Below are positions 38,860 through 48,101 of a stretch of 64,000 nucleotides of DNA, one piece after another. Each line of letters begins with the position of its first letter. Position 1 is the first letter of the stretch. A program made the translations under genes and the position numbers. The notes under the pieces are model-generated. The model saw nothing but the letters and a program-made list of their open reading frames with translations, made no database searches and was not told the origin of the DNA. This DNA is from Alphaproteobacteria bacterium (GTDB taxonomy: Bacteria; Pseudomonadota; Alphaproteobacteria; Bin95), in assembly GCA_965261985.1 (NCBI GenBank), contig OZ253490.1, forward strand, positions 4,946,631-5,010,630, given 5' to 3'.

Positions 38860-39690
38860 AAAATGACCTCTGCGATCATATCAGCGAGCTACCGCACCGA
38901 CATCCCGGCCTTCTACGGCGACTGGTTCGCCCGCCGCCTCGCCGCCGGCCATGCGCTGGTGCGCAACCCCTGGTCGGGCAGGACCTACCGGGTGGACCTC
39001 ACGCCCGAAGCCGTCGCCGGCTACGTCTTCTGGACCCGCAATCCCTCGCCTTTCATGCCCGTGCTGGCAGGGCTCGAGCGGCCCTTCGCCGTCCAGTTGA
39101 CGATCACCGGCTACGGGCGCCGGCTGGAAGCCTCGGTGCCGGCCCCCGAGCGCGCCGTCGATGCCGCGCATGCCCTAGCAGCCTGCTATGGCCCGCGATG
39201 CGTCGTCTGGCGCTACGACCCGATCCTTTCGCCCACCCAGGACCATGTGGAAGCCGCCGGCCGGCTGGCCGAAACGCTGCTTGGCGCGACCGACGAATGC
39301 GTCATCTCCTTCGCCTCCTTCTACCGAAAGACGCAGCGCAACCTGGCGGCTGCAGGCTTCGATTGGGAAGAACCCGAACTCGACGGCCGCCTCCGGCTGA
39401 TCGAAGCCTTGGCGGACGCCGTTGCACCGCTCCGCCTCACGGTCTGCGCCCAGCCCGAACTCACCGGGGGCGCAGCCGAGCCGGCGCGCTGCATCGACCC
39501 TGTCCGCCTCCGCCTCGGCGCCCAGCCGGAACATGGCAATCGACCGGGCTGCGCCTGCGCCGCCAGCCGGGACATCGGCGCCTACGACACCTGCCCGCAC
39601 GGCTGCCTCTACTGCTATGCCAACGCCTCGCCCAAGGCTGCCCGGCGGCGTTTCAAGGCGCATGATCCGGAAGCCGAGATGCTCCGCTGA
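38860..39690 (+). CDS. DUF1848-family protein
   Basis: MTSAIISASYRTDIPAFYGDWFARRL… and C-terminal …DIGAYDTCPHGCLYCYAN… as in DUF1848. The upstream in-frame extension is rejected. Confidence 0.7.
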   Translation, partial: KMTSAIISASYRTDIPAFYGDWFARRLAAGHALVRNPWSGRTYRVDLTPEAVAGYVFWTRNPSPFMPVLAGLERPFAVQLTITGYGRRLEASVPAPERAVDAAHALAACYGPRCVVWRYDPILSPTQDHVEAAGRLAETLLGATDECVISFASFYRKTQRNLAAAGFDWEEPELDGRLRLIEALADAVAPLRLTVCAQPELTGGAAEPARCIDPVRLRLGAQPEHGNRPGCACAASRDIGAYDTCPHGCLYCYANASPKAARRRFKAHDPEAEMLR

Positions 39691-39700
39691 ACAGCCTCAT

Positions 39701-40351
39701 TCAGCCGGCCGCAACCGCCTCCAGCATGCCCGCGACCGCGCTCTCGAACATGGCCGCCGTCAATCTGCCCGTATTGGTGTTGTAGCGCGAGCAATGATAG
39801 CTGTCGGCGAGCAGGCGCCCGCAGCCGAGCCGATGCAGGGCGCCATGGGCGAACGGCCAGGCAGCGCGCCTTTCGCCGAGTGCGGCGAGCACGGCATCGT
39901 GGGCGACGCGCCCGAGCGCCAGCAGCGCACCGCCGTCGGGCAGGGCTTCGAGTTCACCGGCGAGGAAGGGACGGCAGGCGGCAACCTCCGCACCGACAGG
40001 CTTGTTCTGCGGCGGAACGCATCGCACCGCATTGACGATACGGCAGCCGGTCAGCGTGAGTCCGTCCTCGGGGTGACCGTCGTAACGTCCCCGGGCCAGC
40101 CCGAGTTTCAGTAGCGTTGCGAACAGAAGGTCGCCAGCATAGTCGCCTGTGAACGGCCTGCCCGTCCGGTTCGCTCCCCGCAGCCCGGGAGCCAGGCCGA
40201 CGATCAGGACCTTCGCGCTCTGCGGCCCGAAGCCCGGCACGGGCGCATTGAACCAGCCGGGTTCGGCTTCGCGCCAACGGTGCCGGAACGCCCGGAGGCG
40301 CGGACAGAAGGCACAGTCCGGATCAGGCTCCATAGCGTTCTTCGGCGCCAT
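39701..40351 (-). CDS. Uracil-DNA glycosylase family protein (family 4/5-like)
   Basis: …CAFCPRL…KVLIVGLAPGLRGANRTGRPFTGDYAGDLL…NAVRCVPPQNKP…. Confidence 0.75.
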   Translation of the reverse strand: MAPKNAMEPDPDCAFCPRLRAFRHRWREAEPGWFNAPVPGFGPQSAKVLIVGLAPGLRGANRTGRPFTGDYAGDLLFATLLKLGLARGRYDGHPEDGLTLTGCRIVNAVRCVPPQNKPVGAEVAACRPFLAGELEALPDGGALLALGRVAHDAVLAALGERRAAWPFAHGALHRLGCGRLLADSYHCSRYNTNTGRLTAAMFESAVAGMLEAVAAG

Positions 40352-40985
40352 CCTCGGCTTTTTCGGCTTCCTCGAAATGCTGGCTCTCGCGCTGGGCGCG
40401 GCGCAGCTGGGCGGCTTCCCGCTCGTCCTGGTTGCGCGCGATCGACGGCGCCAGGTCGAGCAGTTCCATGAAGAAATCCGCCTGGCGGCGCAGGTCGTCC
40501 GATACCATGGGCGGCTGGCTCTTCATCGTGCTGACCACGGTGACGCGCACGCCGCGCCGCTGCAGCGCCTCCACGAGGCGACGGAAGTCGCCATCGCCCG
40601 AAAACAGCACGATATGCTCCAGATGCTCGGCCATCTCCATCGCATCGACGGCGAGTTCGATGTCCATATTTCCCTTGACCTTGCGGCGGCCGAGGGAGTC
40701 GGTGAACTCGCGGGCGGGCTTGGTGACGAGGGTGAAGCCGTTATAGTCGAGCCAGTCCACCAGCGGGCGGATCGGGGAATATTCCTGGTCCTCGATCAGC
40801 GCGGTGTAATAGAGGGCGCGGATCAACCGCCCGCGTTTCGAGAAGTAATCCAGCATCCGCTTGTAGTCGATATTGATATTCAGGCCGCGCGCGGCGGCAT
40901 AAAGATTGGCACCGTCGATAAACAGCGCCATACGTTCTTCCATATAGGTGCGCATGGTGTAAGGAAGCTCCGAAAACCGCATCAA
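40323..40985 (-). CDS. NYN-domain (LabA-like) protein. Start uncertain: candidates at 40985, 40943 and 40931.
   Basis: …MALFIDGANLYAAARGLNINIDYKRMLDYF…HIVLFSGDGDFRRLVEALQRRGVRVTVVS…. Confidence 0.7.
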   Translation of the reverse strand: MMRFSELPYTMRTYMEERMALFIDGANLYAAARGLNINIDYKRMLDYFSKRGRLIRALYYTALIEDQEYSPIRPLVDWLDYNGFTLVTKPAREFTDSLGRRKVKGNMDIELAVDAMEMAEHLEHIVLFSGDGDFRRLVEALQRRGVRVTVVSTMKSQPPMVSDDLRRQADFFMELLDLAPSIARNQDEREAAQLRRAQRESQHFEEAEKAEDGAEERYGA

Positions 40986-41047
40986 TCCGCTAAACTGTTG
41001 CCACCAAACTAGGCGAGCGCGAGCCGGGCGACAAGGGGCCGCCGGGG

Positions 41048-41542
41048 ATGATTCTGATCGGACTGGGGGCGAACCTGCCGTCGCCCGAGCACGGGTCGCC
41101 GCAGGCGACGCTGGCGGCGGCGCTGGAGGCGCTGGCGGCGCGCGGCGTCGAGACGCTGCGGCGCTCGCCCTGGTACGAAAGCGCGCCGGTGCCGCCGAGC
41201 GGCCAGCCCTGGTATGTCAACGCCGTGGCGGAAGTGGAGAGCGCGCTCTCCCCGCAGGTGCTGCTCGCCGCGCTGCTCGATGTCGAGGCCGGCTTCGGCC
41301 GGGTCCGGAGCGTCCGCAATGCCTCCCGGACGGTCGATCTCGACCTTCTCGACTATCGCGGCCTGGTCACGGGGCCCGGCGAGAAGCCCGAACTGCCTCA
41401 TCCCCGCCTCCATGAGCGCGCCTTCGTGCTGCTGCCCTTGCGCGACCTCGCGCCCGGCTGGCGCCATCCGGCCTGCGGAGGGACGGTGGATGCACTGATC
41501 GCGGCGCTCGACCGGCCCGGCCCGGTCCGGCGGCTGCCATAG
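41048..41542 (+). CDS. folK: 2-amino-4-hydroxy-6-hydroxymethyldihydropteridine diphosphokinase
   Basis: MILIGLGANLPSP…PWYVNAVAEVESALSPQVLLAALLDVEAGFGRVR…RTVDLDLLDY…HPRLHERAFVLLPL…. Confidence 0.9.
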   Translation: MILIGLGANLPSPEHGSPQATLAAALEALAARGVETLRRSPWYESAPVPPSGQPWYVNAVAEVESALSPQVLLAALLDVEAGFGRVRSVRNASRTVDLDLLDYRGLVTGPGEKPELPHPRLHERAFVLLPLRDLAPGWRHPACGGTVDALIAALDRPGPVRRLP

Positions 41543-41722
41543 GGCCGATTTGCAGCGCTGCGGAAAGGCATTGCCGCGCGCGCCGCGTTAGGTTAAACTA
41601 TGAACTTCTTCAGCCCTCGCCCGCCGCCCGGCGGGAATTCCGGCCCCTTCCCCTTGCGTTCGAATTTTCCGCTTTTGCGGGCGAGCCGGCTTTCAACATC
41701 AACGGATGGACGGTCCGAGGTC

Positions 41723-43012
41723 ATGCTCGACGATATCGCGGCGCCCGAAAAGGTCGCGCATCTTCAGGAAATAAAGGAAAAGTCGGCGGCCGAGCTGCTC
41801 GCGCTGGCCGACGAGCTGGAGGTCGAGAACGCCTCCACCCTGCGCAAGCAGGACATGATGTTCGCGATCCTGAAGAACCTTGCCGACGACAATGTGACCA
41901 TTATCGGCCGCGGCGTTCTGGAAGTGCTGTCGGACGGGTTCGGCTTCCTGCGCTCGCCCGAGGCCAACTACCTCCCCGGCCCGGACGACATCTATGTCTC
42001 CCCGCAACTCCTGCGCCGCTTCGGCCTGCGGACGGGCGATACGGTGGACGGCGAGATCCGCGCCCCCAAATCGGGTGAGCGCTATTTCGCGCTCACCAAG
42101 GTCAACCTCGCCAATTTCGACGACCCGGAAGCCGTCCGTCACCGCATCAATTTCGACAATCTGACGCCGCTCTACCCCGACGAGCGGCTGCATCTGGAGA
42201 TCGACCAGCCCAAGACCAAGGACTACACCACCCGTGTCGTCGAGCTGGTGGCGCCGCTCGGCAAGGGCCAGCGCGCGCTCATCGTGGCGCAGCCCCGTAC
42301 CGGCAAGACCATGATGCTGCAGAACGTGGCCCATGCGATCTCGCACAACCACCCCGAGGTCTATCTGATCGTCCTCCTCATCGACGAGCGTCCGGAGGAG
42401 GTGACGGACATGCAGCGCTCGGTGCGCGGCGAGGTCATCTCCTCCACCTTCGACGAGCCGGCGACCCGCCATGTCCAGGTGACGGAGATGGTGCTGGAGA
42501 AAGCCAAACGGCTGGTCGAATACAAGCACGACGTGGTGATCCTGCTGGATTCGATCACCCGGCTGGCGCGTGCCTACAACACGGTCGTGCCGTCCTCCGG
42601 CAAGGTGCTGACCGGCGGCGTGGACGCCAATGCGCTCCAGCGCCCGAAGCGCTTCTTCGGCGCGGCGCGCAATATCGAGGAGGGCGGCTCGCTCTCGATC
42701 ATCGCGACCGCGCTGGTCGAGACCGGCTCACGGATGGACGAGGTGATCTTCGAGGAGTTCAAGGGCACCGGCAATTCCGAGATCGTGCTGGACCGGAAGC
42801 TGTCCGACCGGCGCGTCTGGCCGGCGATCGACATCGGCAAGTCGGGCACCCGCAAGGAAGAGCTGCTGGTGGACCGGGCCGAGCTCTCGAAGATGTGGAT
42901 GCTGCGCCGGGTGCTGATGCCGATGGGCACCCAGGACGCCATGGAATTCCTGACCACCAAGCTCCGCGAGACCAAGAGCAACAACGACTTCTTCCAGGCG
43001 ATGAACCAGTAG
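41723..43012 (+). CDS. rho: Transcription termination factor Rho
   Basis: …[13 protein letters not shown]…GFGFLRS…[13 protein letters not shown]…[33 protein letters not shown]…. Start chosen at MLDDIA. The long upstream in-frame leader is rejected. Confidence 0.95.
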   Translation: MLDDIAAPEKVAHLQEIKEKSAAELLALADELEVENASTLRKQDMMFAILKNLADDNVTIIGRGVLEVLSDGFGFLRSPEANYLPGPDDIYVSPQLLRRFGLRTGDTVDGEIRAPKSGERYFALTKVNLANFDDPEAVRHRINFDNLTPLYPDERLHLEIDQPKTKDYTTRVVELVAPLGKGQRALIVAQPRTGKTMMLQNVAHAISHNHPEVYLIVLLIDERPEEVTDMQRSVRGEVISSTFDEPATRHVQVTEMVLEKAKRLVEYKHDVVILLDSITRLARAYNTVVPSSGKVLTGGVDANALQRPKRFFGAARNIEEGGSLSIIATALVETGSRMDEVIFEEFKGTGNSEIVLDRKLSDRRVWPAIDIGKSGTRKEELLVDRAELSKMWMLRRVLMPMGTQDAMEFLTTKLRETKSNNDFFQAMNQ

Positions 43013-43027
43013 CGGCGGGAGGCGGCG

Positions 43028-43378
43028 ATGGCGCCGGGTTCGCCCGCAGTCCGGGGAGAGAACGAAGGCGAGGCAAGGCGCCGCCGCACGCTCTTGAGCA
43101 TGGCCGACCGCTATATCTGGTGGAAAACGCCGGAGGAGGCCGTCCGCTATCCGGACCGCGTGCTGGCGCAGGTCATGGATATCGGCACTTTCGAGGACTG
43201 CCGCGATATGAGGGCGGCGTTCGGCGACGAGCGCCTGCGCGAGGTCATGCGCCGCGCCGAGCCCGGCTGGTTCCGCGCCCGGAGCTGGGCCTTCTGGCAG
43301 GCGGCGCTGGACCTGGACGCCGGCCCCCGCCCGGTCCGCCGCAAACTTCCGCCCGCCCCCTGGGAAAGCGGGGAATGA
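43028..43378 (+). CDS. Hypothetical small protein, putative partner of the downstream AbiEii-type nucleotidyltransferase
   Basis: …MADRYIWWKTPEEAVRYPDRVLAQVMDIGTFEDCRDMRAAFGDERLREVM…. Stop/start ATGA overlap with the next gene. Start 43028 or 43100. Confidence 0.5.
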   Translation: MAPGSPAVRGENEGEARRRRTLLSMADRYIWWKTPEEAVRYPDRVLAQVMDIGTFEDCRDMRAAFGDERLREVMRRAEPGWFRARSWAFWQAALDLDAGPRPVRRKLPPAPWESGE

Positions 43379-44022
43379 CGGGCTTCGCGCCGCGATCGGA
43401 TATCCTGCCACCGGCGCAGGCCGCGCTCTGGCCTGCCCTCGCACCCGTCGCCGGCCTCGGCTTCACGCTCTACGGCGGAACGGCCATCGCCCTTAGGCTC
43501 GGGCATCGGGTGTCGGAGGATTTCGACCTCTTCAGCCTGGCCACGCTCGACAGCGACGCGCTTCGGCAGGCTTGCCCGTTCATCGCAAGCCGGCCGGCGC
43601 TGCGCGAGGATGCCGACAGCTTCATCGTCAGGACTGCGGAGGACGTGTTGCTGTCCTTCTTCGGCGGCATCGACAACGGACGGGTCGAACCTCCGGATAC
43701 GGCTCCGGAAAACAACCTGCCCGTCGCGTCCGCCATTGACCTGCTCGCGACGAAGCTAAAGACGATTCTGCAACGGGCTGCGGCCAAGGACTATGTCGAC
43801 ATCGCGGCCCTGCTCAGGTCCGGCCTCGCTCTGGAACGCGGCCTTGGCGCCGCGCGGGCTCTCTACGGCCCGGGCTATCCGCCCATGGAATCGCTGCGCG
43901 CGCTTTGCTGGTTCGGGGACGGCGACCTCGACACCCTTGCCGAGGAGGACCGCAGAACGCTTGCCGACGCGGCCGCCCGGGTTGCGGGCCGCCCGATCCC
44001 GGTAGTGCCGCTGCTCCCGTAA
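43375..44022 (+). CDS. Nucleotidyltransferase, AbiEii/AbiGii (DUF1814) toxin family
   Basis: MTGFAPRSDILPPAQAALWPALAPVAGLGFTLYGGTAIALRLGHRVSEDFDLFS…KLKTILQRAAAKDYVDIAALL…. Confidence 0.7.
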   Translation: MTGFAPRSDILPPAQAALWPALAPVAGLGFTLYGGTAIALRLGHRVSEDFDLFSLATLDSDALRQACPFIASRPALREDADSFIVRTAEDVLLSFFGGIDNGRVEPPDTAPENNLPVASAIDLLATKLKTILQRAAAKDYVDIAALLRSGLALERGLGAARALYGPGYPPMESLRALCWFGDGDLDTLAEEDRRTLADAAARVAGRPIPVVPLLP

Positions 44023-44240
44023 CTTCCGCACGGGCCGCCGACCGCCGCCGCCGGAGACCCGGACCCGACGTAAGGACAACCGCGCCGCTCACCATCGTGG
44101 CCGCAGGCCGAAGTATCCCCCGCTTTTCATTGTTCCCCGTTATTGCGACACTCGAACGGCAGCGCGACGTGCGAAGCCGGGGACCGCCGGTTGACAGACT
44201 TCTGCATCGTCGCACACGGAAAGTCGCAAGGGAGCGAAAG

Positions 44241-45958
44241 ATGGCATTCGACTTGGTTATCGCCGACGGCACGGTAGTCGACGGCTCCGGCATGGCGCGT
44301 TACCGGGCCGATATCGGCGTCAGGGACGGCCTATCGTGGAAATCGGCCGGATAAGGGCGCCGGCGGACCGGAAGATCGATGCGGAAGGCCGGATCGTCGC
44401 TCCCGGTTTCATCGACGGCCACACCCATATGGACGCGCAGGTCGCCTGGGACCCGCTCGGAAGCTGCTCCTGCTGGCACGGCGTCACCAGCGTCGTGATG
44501 GGGAATTGCGGCTTTGCGCTGGCACCCTGCAAGCCGGAGGCGCGGGAGTGGTACGCCGAATGCCTCGAAGCCGTCGAGGACATTCCCAAGGAAGCGATGA
44601 TGGCCGGCATCGACTGGACCTGGGAGACCTTCCCGGAATATCTGGCGACGGTCGAAGCGCTGCCGAAGGCGATCAACTACGCCTCCTATATCGGTCATTC
44701 GGCCTTGCGCATGTATGCGATGGGCGAACGCGCGCTCGACCAACTGGCGACGGATGACGACCTTGCGGCCGTGGCCGAGATCGTCGAAGAGGCGATGCGG
44801 GCCGGCGCGGTCGGGCTTTCGACCTCGCGGTCGGTCACCCACACCCGCCCCGATGGCGGGCCGGTGGCGAGCCGGATCGCGGACTGGCGCGAACTCGCCC
44901 ATCTCGTCGATGTCATGGGCCGGCTGAATGCCGGCGTCCTCCAGCTCGGCCCCGATGTCTCCGGGGGTGCTGCCCAGCGGGCCTTCCTGGAGGAACTGGG
45001 CAGGATCTCGATGGACAGCGGGCGGCCGGTGATGTTCGGCACCGTCTCGACGGTCCAGGGCGACAATCCCAATCACTGGCAATACCAGCTCGACTGGATG
45101 GACGCGATCTCGGCGGGCGGCGGCCGTGCGTTCGGGCAGGGCACGACACGTTCTATCAACGCCATATTCTCGCTGAAGTCCTATCTGCCCTTCGACGGGC
45201 TGCCGACCTGGAAGGCCCTTCGGCAACGCCCGATCGAGGAGCAGAAAGCCGGCTTCCGGGACCCGGAGCTGCGCGCCCGGCTGGTCGCCGAAGAGGCCGC
45301 CATGAAGCCCAAGGGCACCGAATTCCAGGGCGGCGGCGCGGCCACCACCGACCCGCGCAAGCCCGACTATACGGGCCTGTTCCCGATGTTCGACGTCAAC
45401 TGGGACGAACCGAGCATCGACGAGCTCGCCCGGCAGCGGTCCTGCAACCCGGTCGAGGTCATCATGGACCTCATGCTGGAAAACGAGGACCTTGTCTTCG
45501 TGCAGCCCCTGATGAACAACGAGCCCGACGATGTGCTGGGATTGCTCCGCCATCCCCGCACGCTTGCGACCTTCTCGGATTCCGGCGCCCATGTCGCCCA
45601 GGAAATGGGCTCCTCGCTGCAGACCCACATGCTGAGCTACTGGGTCCGCGACAAGCAGGCATTCTCGCTGGAGGAGGCGGTCCGCATGCTCACCTTCGAG
45701 AACGCCTCGGCCTGGAATATCGCCGACCGCGGCCTGCTGCGGGCCGGAATGGCCGCGGACATCGTGGTGTTCGACGAGGCGGCGGTCAAACCGTGCCTGC
45801 CGACGGTGGAATACGACCTGCCCGGCGGCGTCCGCAGGCTGGTGCAGAAGGCCGAGGGCATCGACGCCACCATCGTCAACGGCGCGGTCACGCTGGAAAA
45901 CGGCGAGAGCACCAGCGCCATCCCGGGCGCCCTCATCCGGGGACCGCTGGCGGCGTAG
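44241..45958 (+). pseudogene. N-acyl-D-amino-acid deacylase (D-aminoacylase) family amidohydrolase, -1 frameshift near 44322-44336
   Basis: The N-terminus MAFDLVIADGTVVDGSGMARYRADIGVRDG (44241-44354 frame) continues in the 44336 frame as …IVEIGRIRAPADRKIDAEGRIVAPGFIDGHTHMD…. A single missing base around ggcc-tatcg would restore …GRIVEIGRI…. Confidence 0.7.
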
Positions 45959-45986
45959 CGGCGGCCCTCGGCCGCCGCTCTACCCG

Positions 45987-46043
45987 CTACCAGGTCTCGC
46001 CGAAGGGGCGCAGTTCGACGCGGAAGGACCAGGCGGAGCGTTC
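45987..46043. repeat. Direct repeat, left copy (relic copy of the SDR gene 3' end), flanking low-GC cassette 1
   Basis: ctaccaggtctcgccgaaggggcgcagttcgacgcggaaggaccaggcggagcgttc against 47381-47437 ctactaggtctcgccgaaggggcggagttcgacgcggatggaccaggcggaacggtc. 52/57 identical. Confidence 0.8.
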
Positions 46044-46181
46044 ATGACGGACGACGCGGTTTGAACTCCGGCAACGCCCACATGCCGCTTGCCCTGCTAA
46101 TCCCAAAGGCGCGCGATGCTGTGACCACCCTAACTGTCCGTCGACTGTCCTATCTGTACAGATCATCCAATCGGTACGACT

Positions 46182-47332
46182 CTACCACTCCGACTCGGTC
46201 GACCCGTCCTCAGAGTCGTCCGGCAGTGCGAAATCATATAGGTCCGCAATTCTGATTTCAGGTTCCTTCAAAGAACACAACAAATCGTTCAGTGCATCAG
46301 CGGCAACATTACATTCTCCAAATTCCAATTCCAATCGACCAGAAAAATGAAATGTATGGGTTACTTCAACTTCCGAATAATGATCATTTAGAAATGAAGT
46401 GGAGTATTCTCTTGGGTCCAATTCAATCGCATCCATTATTGGCAAAGCAAATTGGTACATAAGCTCTGTTTCTGCATGAACTTCTGCCATAAATAATCTA
46501 TCACCAATGTACTCCATACCTTCAATATCAACTCTATGCGGCGCACTTATTCCGCTGAGGTATATCTCACCGCTTTCTCCCGGAAAATTGTCTCCGTATA
46601 TTGTCGAATAATTACCGGATAACAACTCTTCTTCTATGTATTTTGCAATTTCTTCCGATTTTACCTTTGCGATTTGCAAGACATGTTCGCATACAACGGA
46701 GCTGTGCTCCATAATTTTTTGCTCCGCAAAGAAATCTCTAACCTTCGGACTAGTAATGAATTTCAGAAGATCGCTCCAGCAATCGATAGCAATGCTCTCA
46801 CATGCGGCTCGCAGCGCGCCATCCGCTACGACAACCTCTAGATCAGAACCATAGCATTTCTGTAAGCTAATAATCTGTTGGAATATGAACGAATCAGGAA
46901 TGTCTCCACGCGTCTTTGGATTCTTTAGAGGTGGATATCCTTTGAAATAGGCTTCAAGTGCACCGTCAAGTTGTTCCAAAGTGATTGTGTGCCTAATAGC
47001 TTTATGCTCTTCTAACCATTGGGAAAAAGCGGAAACACGTTCAAACACTAGATCATCCAGATCGCACCTTAGTTGTTCCAAAGTGAGCTTTAAGTCCTTT
47101 GATTTTGTGCCTAGAGGCACATGGTCCAAGGCTTTAGAAATATTATTACTTGCATCAGCAATCCTTTTCCTTTGGACTTGCTCTAAATACGACGTATGCT
47201 CCCTCTCAACCACATAAGGTACATGAAGAACCACTTGTCCTGCACCCATAAGTCGCGCCAGAAGTTTAAAGTCCGTAGAATCTAGTCTTGGACATTGTCG
47301 AAATATACTACTATCCAAAACAACGTGCATCA
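46182..47332 (-). CDS. PIN-like-domain protein (DUF4935-like N-terminus), 383 aa, cargo of low-GC cassette 1
   Basis: MMHVVLDSSIFRQCPRLDSTDFKLLARLMGAGQVVLHVPYVVEREHT… resembles PIN-like N-termini; the rest is unknown. Visibly AT-rich. Alternative GTG start at 47378, 3 nt from the SDR stop. Confidence 0.55.
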
Positions 47333-47380
47333 TTGACTTAGCCTGACGTGATAGTGCCCGACAATCCGTGCCAAGCACTC

Positions 47381-47437
47381 CTACTAGGTCTCGCCGAAGG
47401 GGCGGAGTTCGACGCGGATGGACCAGGCGGAACGGTC
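47381..47437. repeat. Direct repeat, right copy (the functional 3' end of the SDR gene 47384-48090)
   Basis: See 45987-46043. Confidence 0.8.
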
Positions 47438-48090
47438 TTGGTGGGCGACGCTGTAGATTTCCTCCGCGATCACCGGGGGCTTCGCGAAGAAGTCGTCCGG
47501 CTTGCCCGGCGCCAGCACCTCGCGGGTGCGCGGCGTGTCGATTGCGGCGTCGATGATGAAATAGGCGACGTGGATGCCCTCAGGCCCGAATTCGCGGGCG
47601 ATGGATTCCGCCAGTATCCGCTGCGCCGCCTTGGTCGAGGCGAAGAAGCCGAAATTCTTGCCGCCCCTTGTGGCCGAGGTGTTGCCGGTCACCAGGATCG
47701 CGCCCTTGCCCGCTTCCAGCATCGCCGGAATGGTCTCGCGGGCGAGATAGAGCAGCGCCGTCGTGTTGACGCGGAAGTTCCTTTCCAGGTCGTCCGGGTC
47801 CAGCTCCAGGATGCCGCCCCGGGTGGAGCGGAGCGCGTTGTGGACCACGACTGCGGGCGCGCCCATCTCCGCCCCGATGCGCGAGACGGTTTCGACGAGG
47901 GCATCCAGATCGGCGACGTCGCACCGATAGGCGCGGGCGTCCTCATACTTGCCGGCGAGCGCGTCGAGATTGTCCGCATTGCGGGCCAGCATGGCGACCC
48001 GGTAGCCGCTCTCGCCGAAGCGTCTGGCGGTCTCGGCGCCGGTGCCGCCTTCGGGCCCGACGCCGGTGACGAGGCAGACCGGCTTGCTCA
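47384..48090 (-). CDS. SDR-family oxidoreductase (paralog of 7704-8408)
   Basis: VSKPVCLVTGVGPEGGTGAETARRFGESGYRVAMLARN…NALRST…. GTG start with a weak SD. Confidence 0.8.
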
Positions 48091-48101
48091 CGGCCAGCAA
48101 C

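Noticed and set aside
47375-47392. AGTAGGAG-like motif upstream of both cassette genes as a shared element
   Set aside because: In cassette 1 it is simply part of the duplicated SDR gene end (ctcctactagg), not an independent cassette motif.
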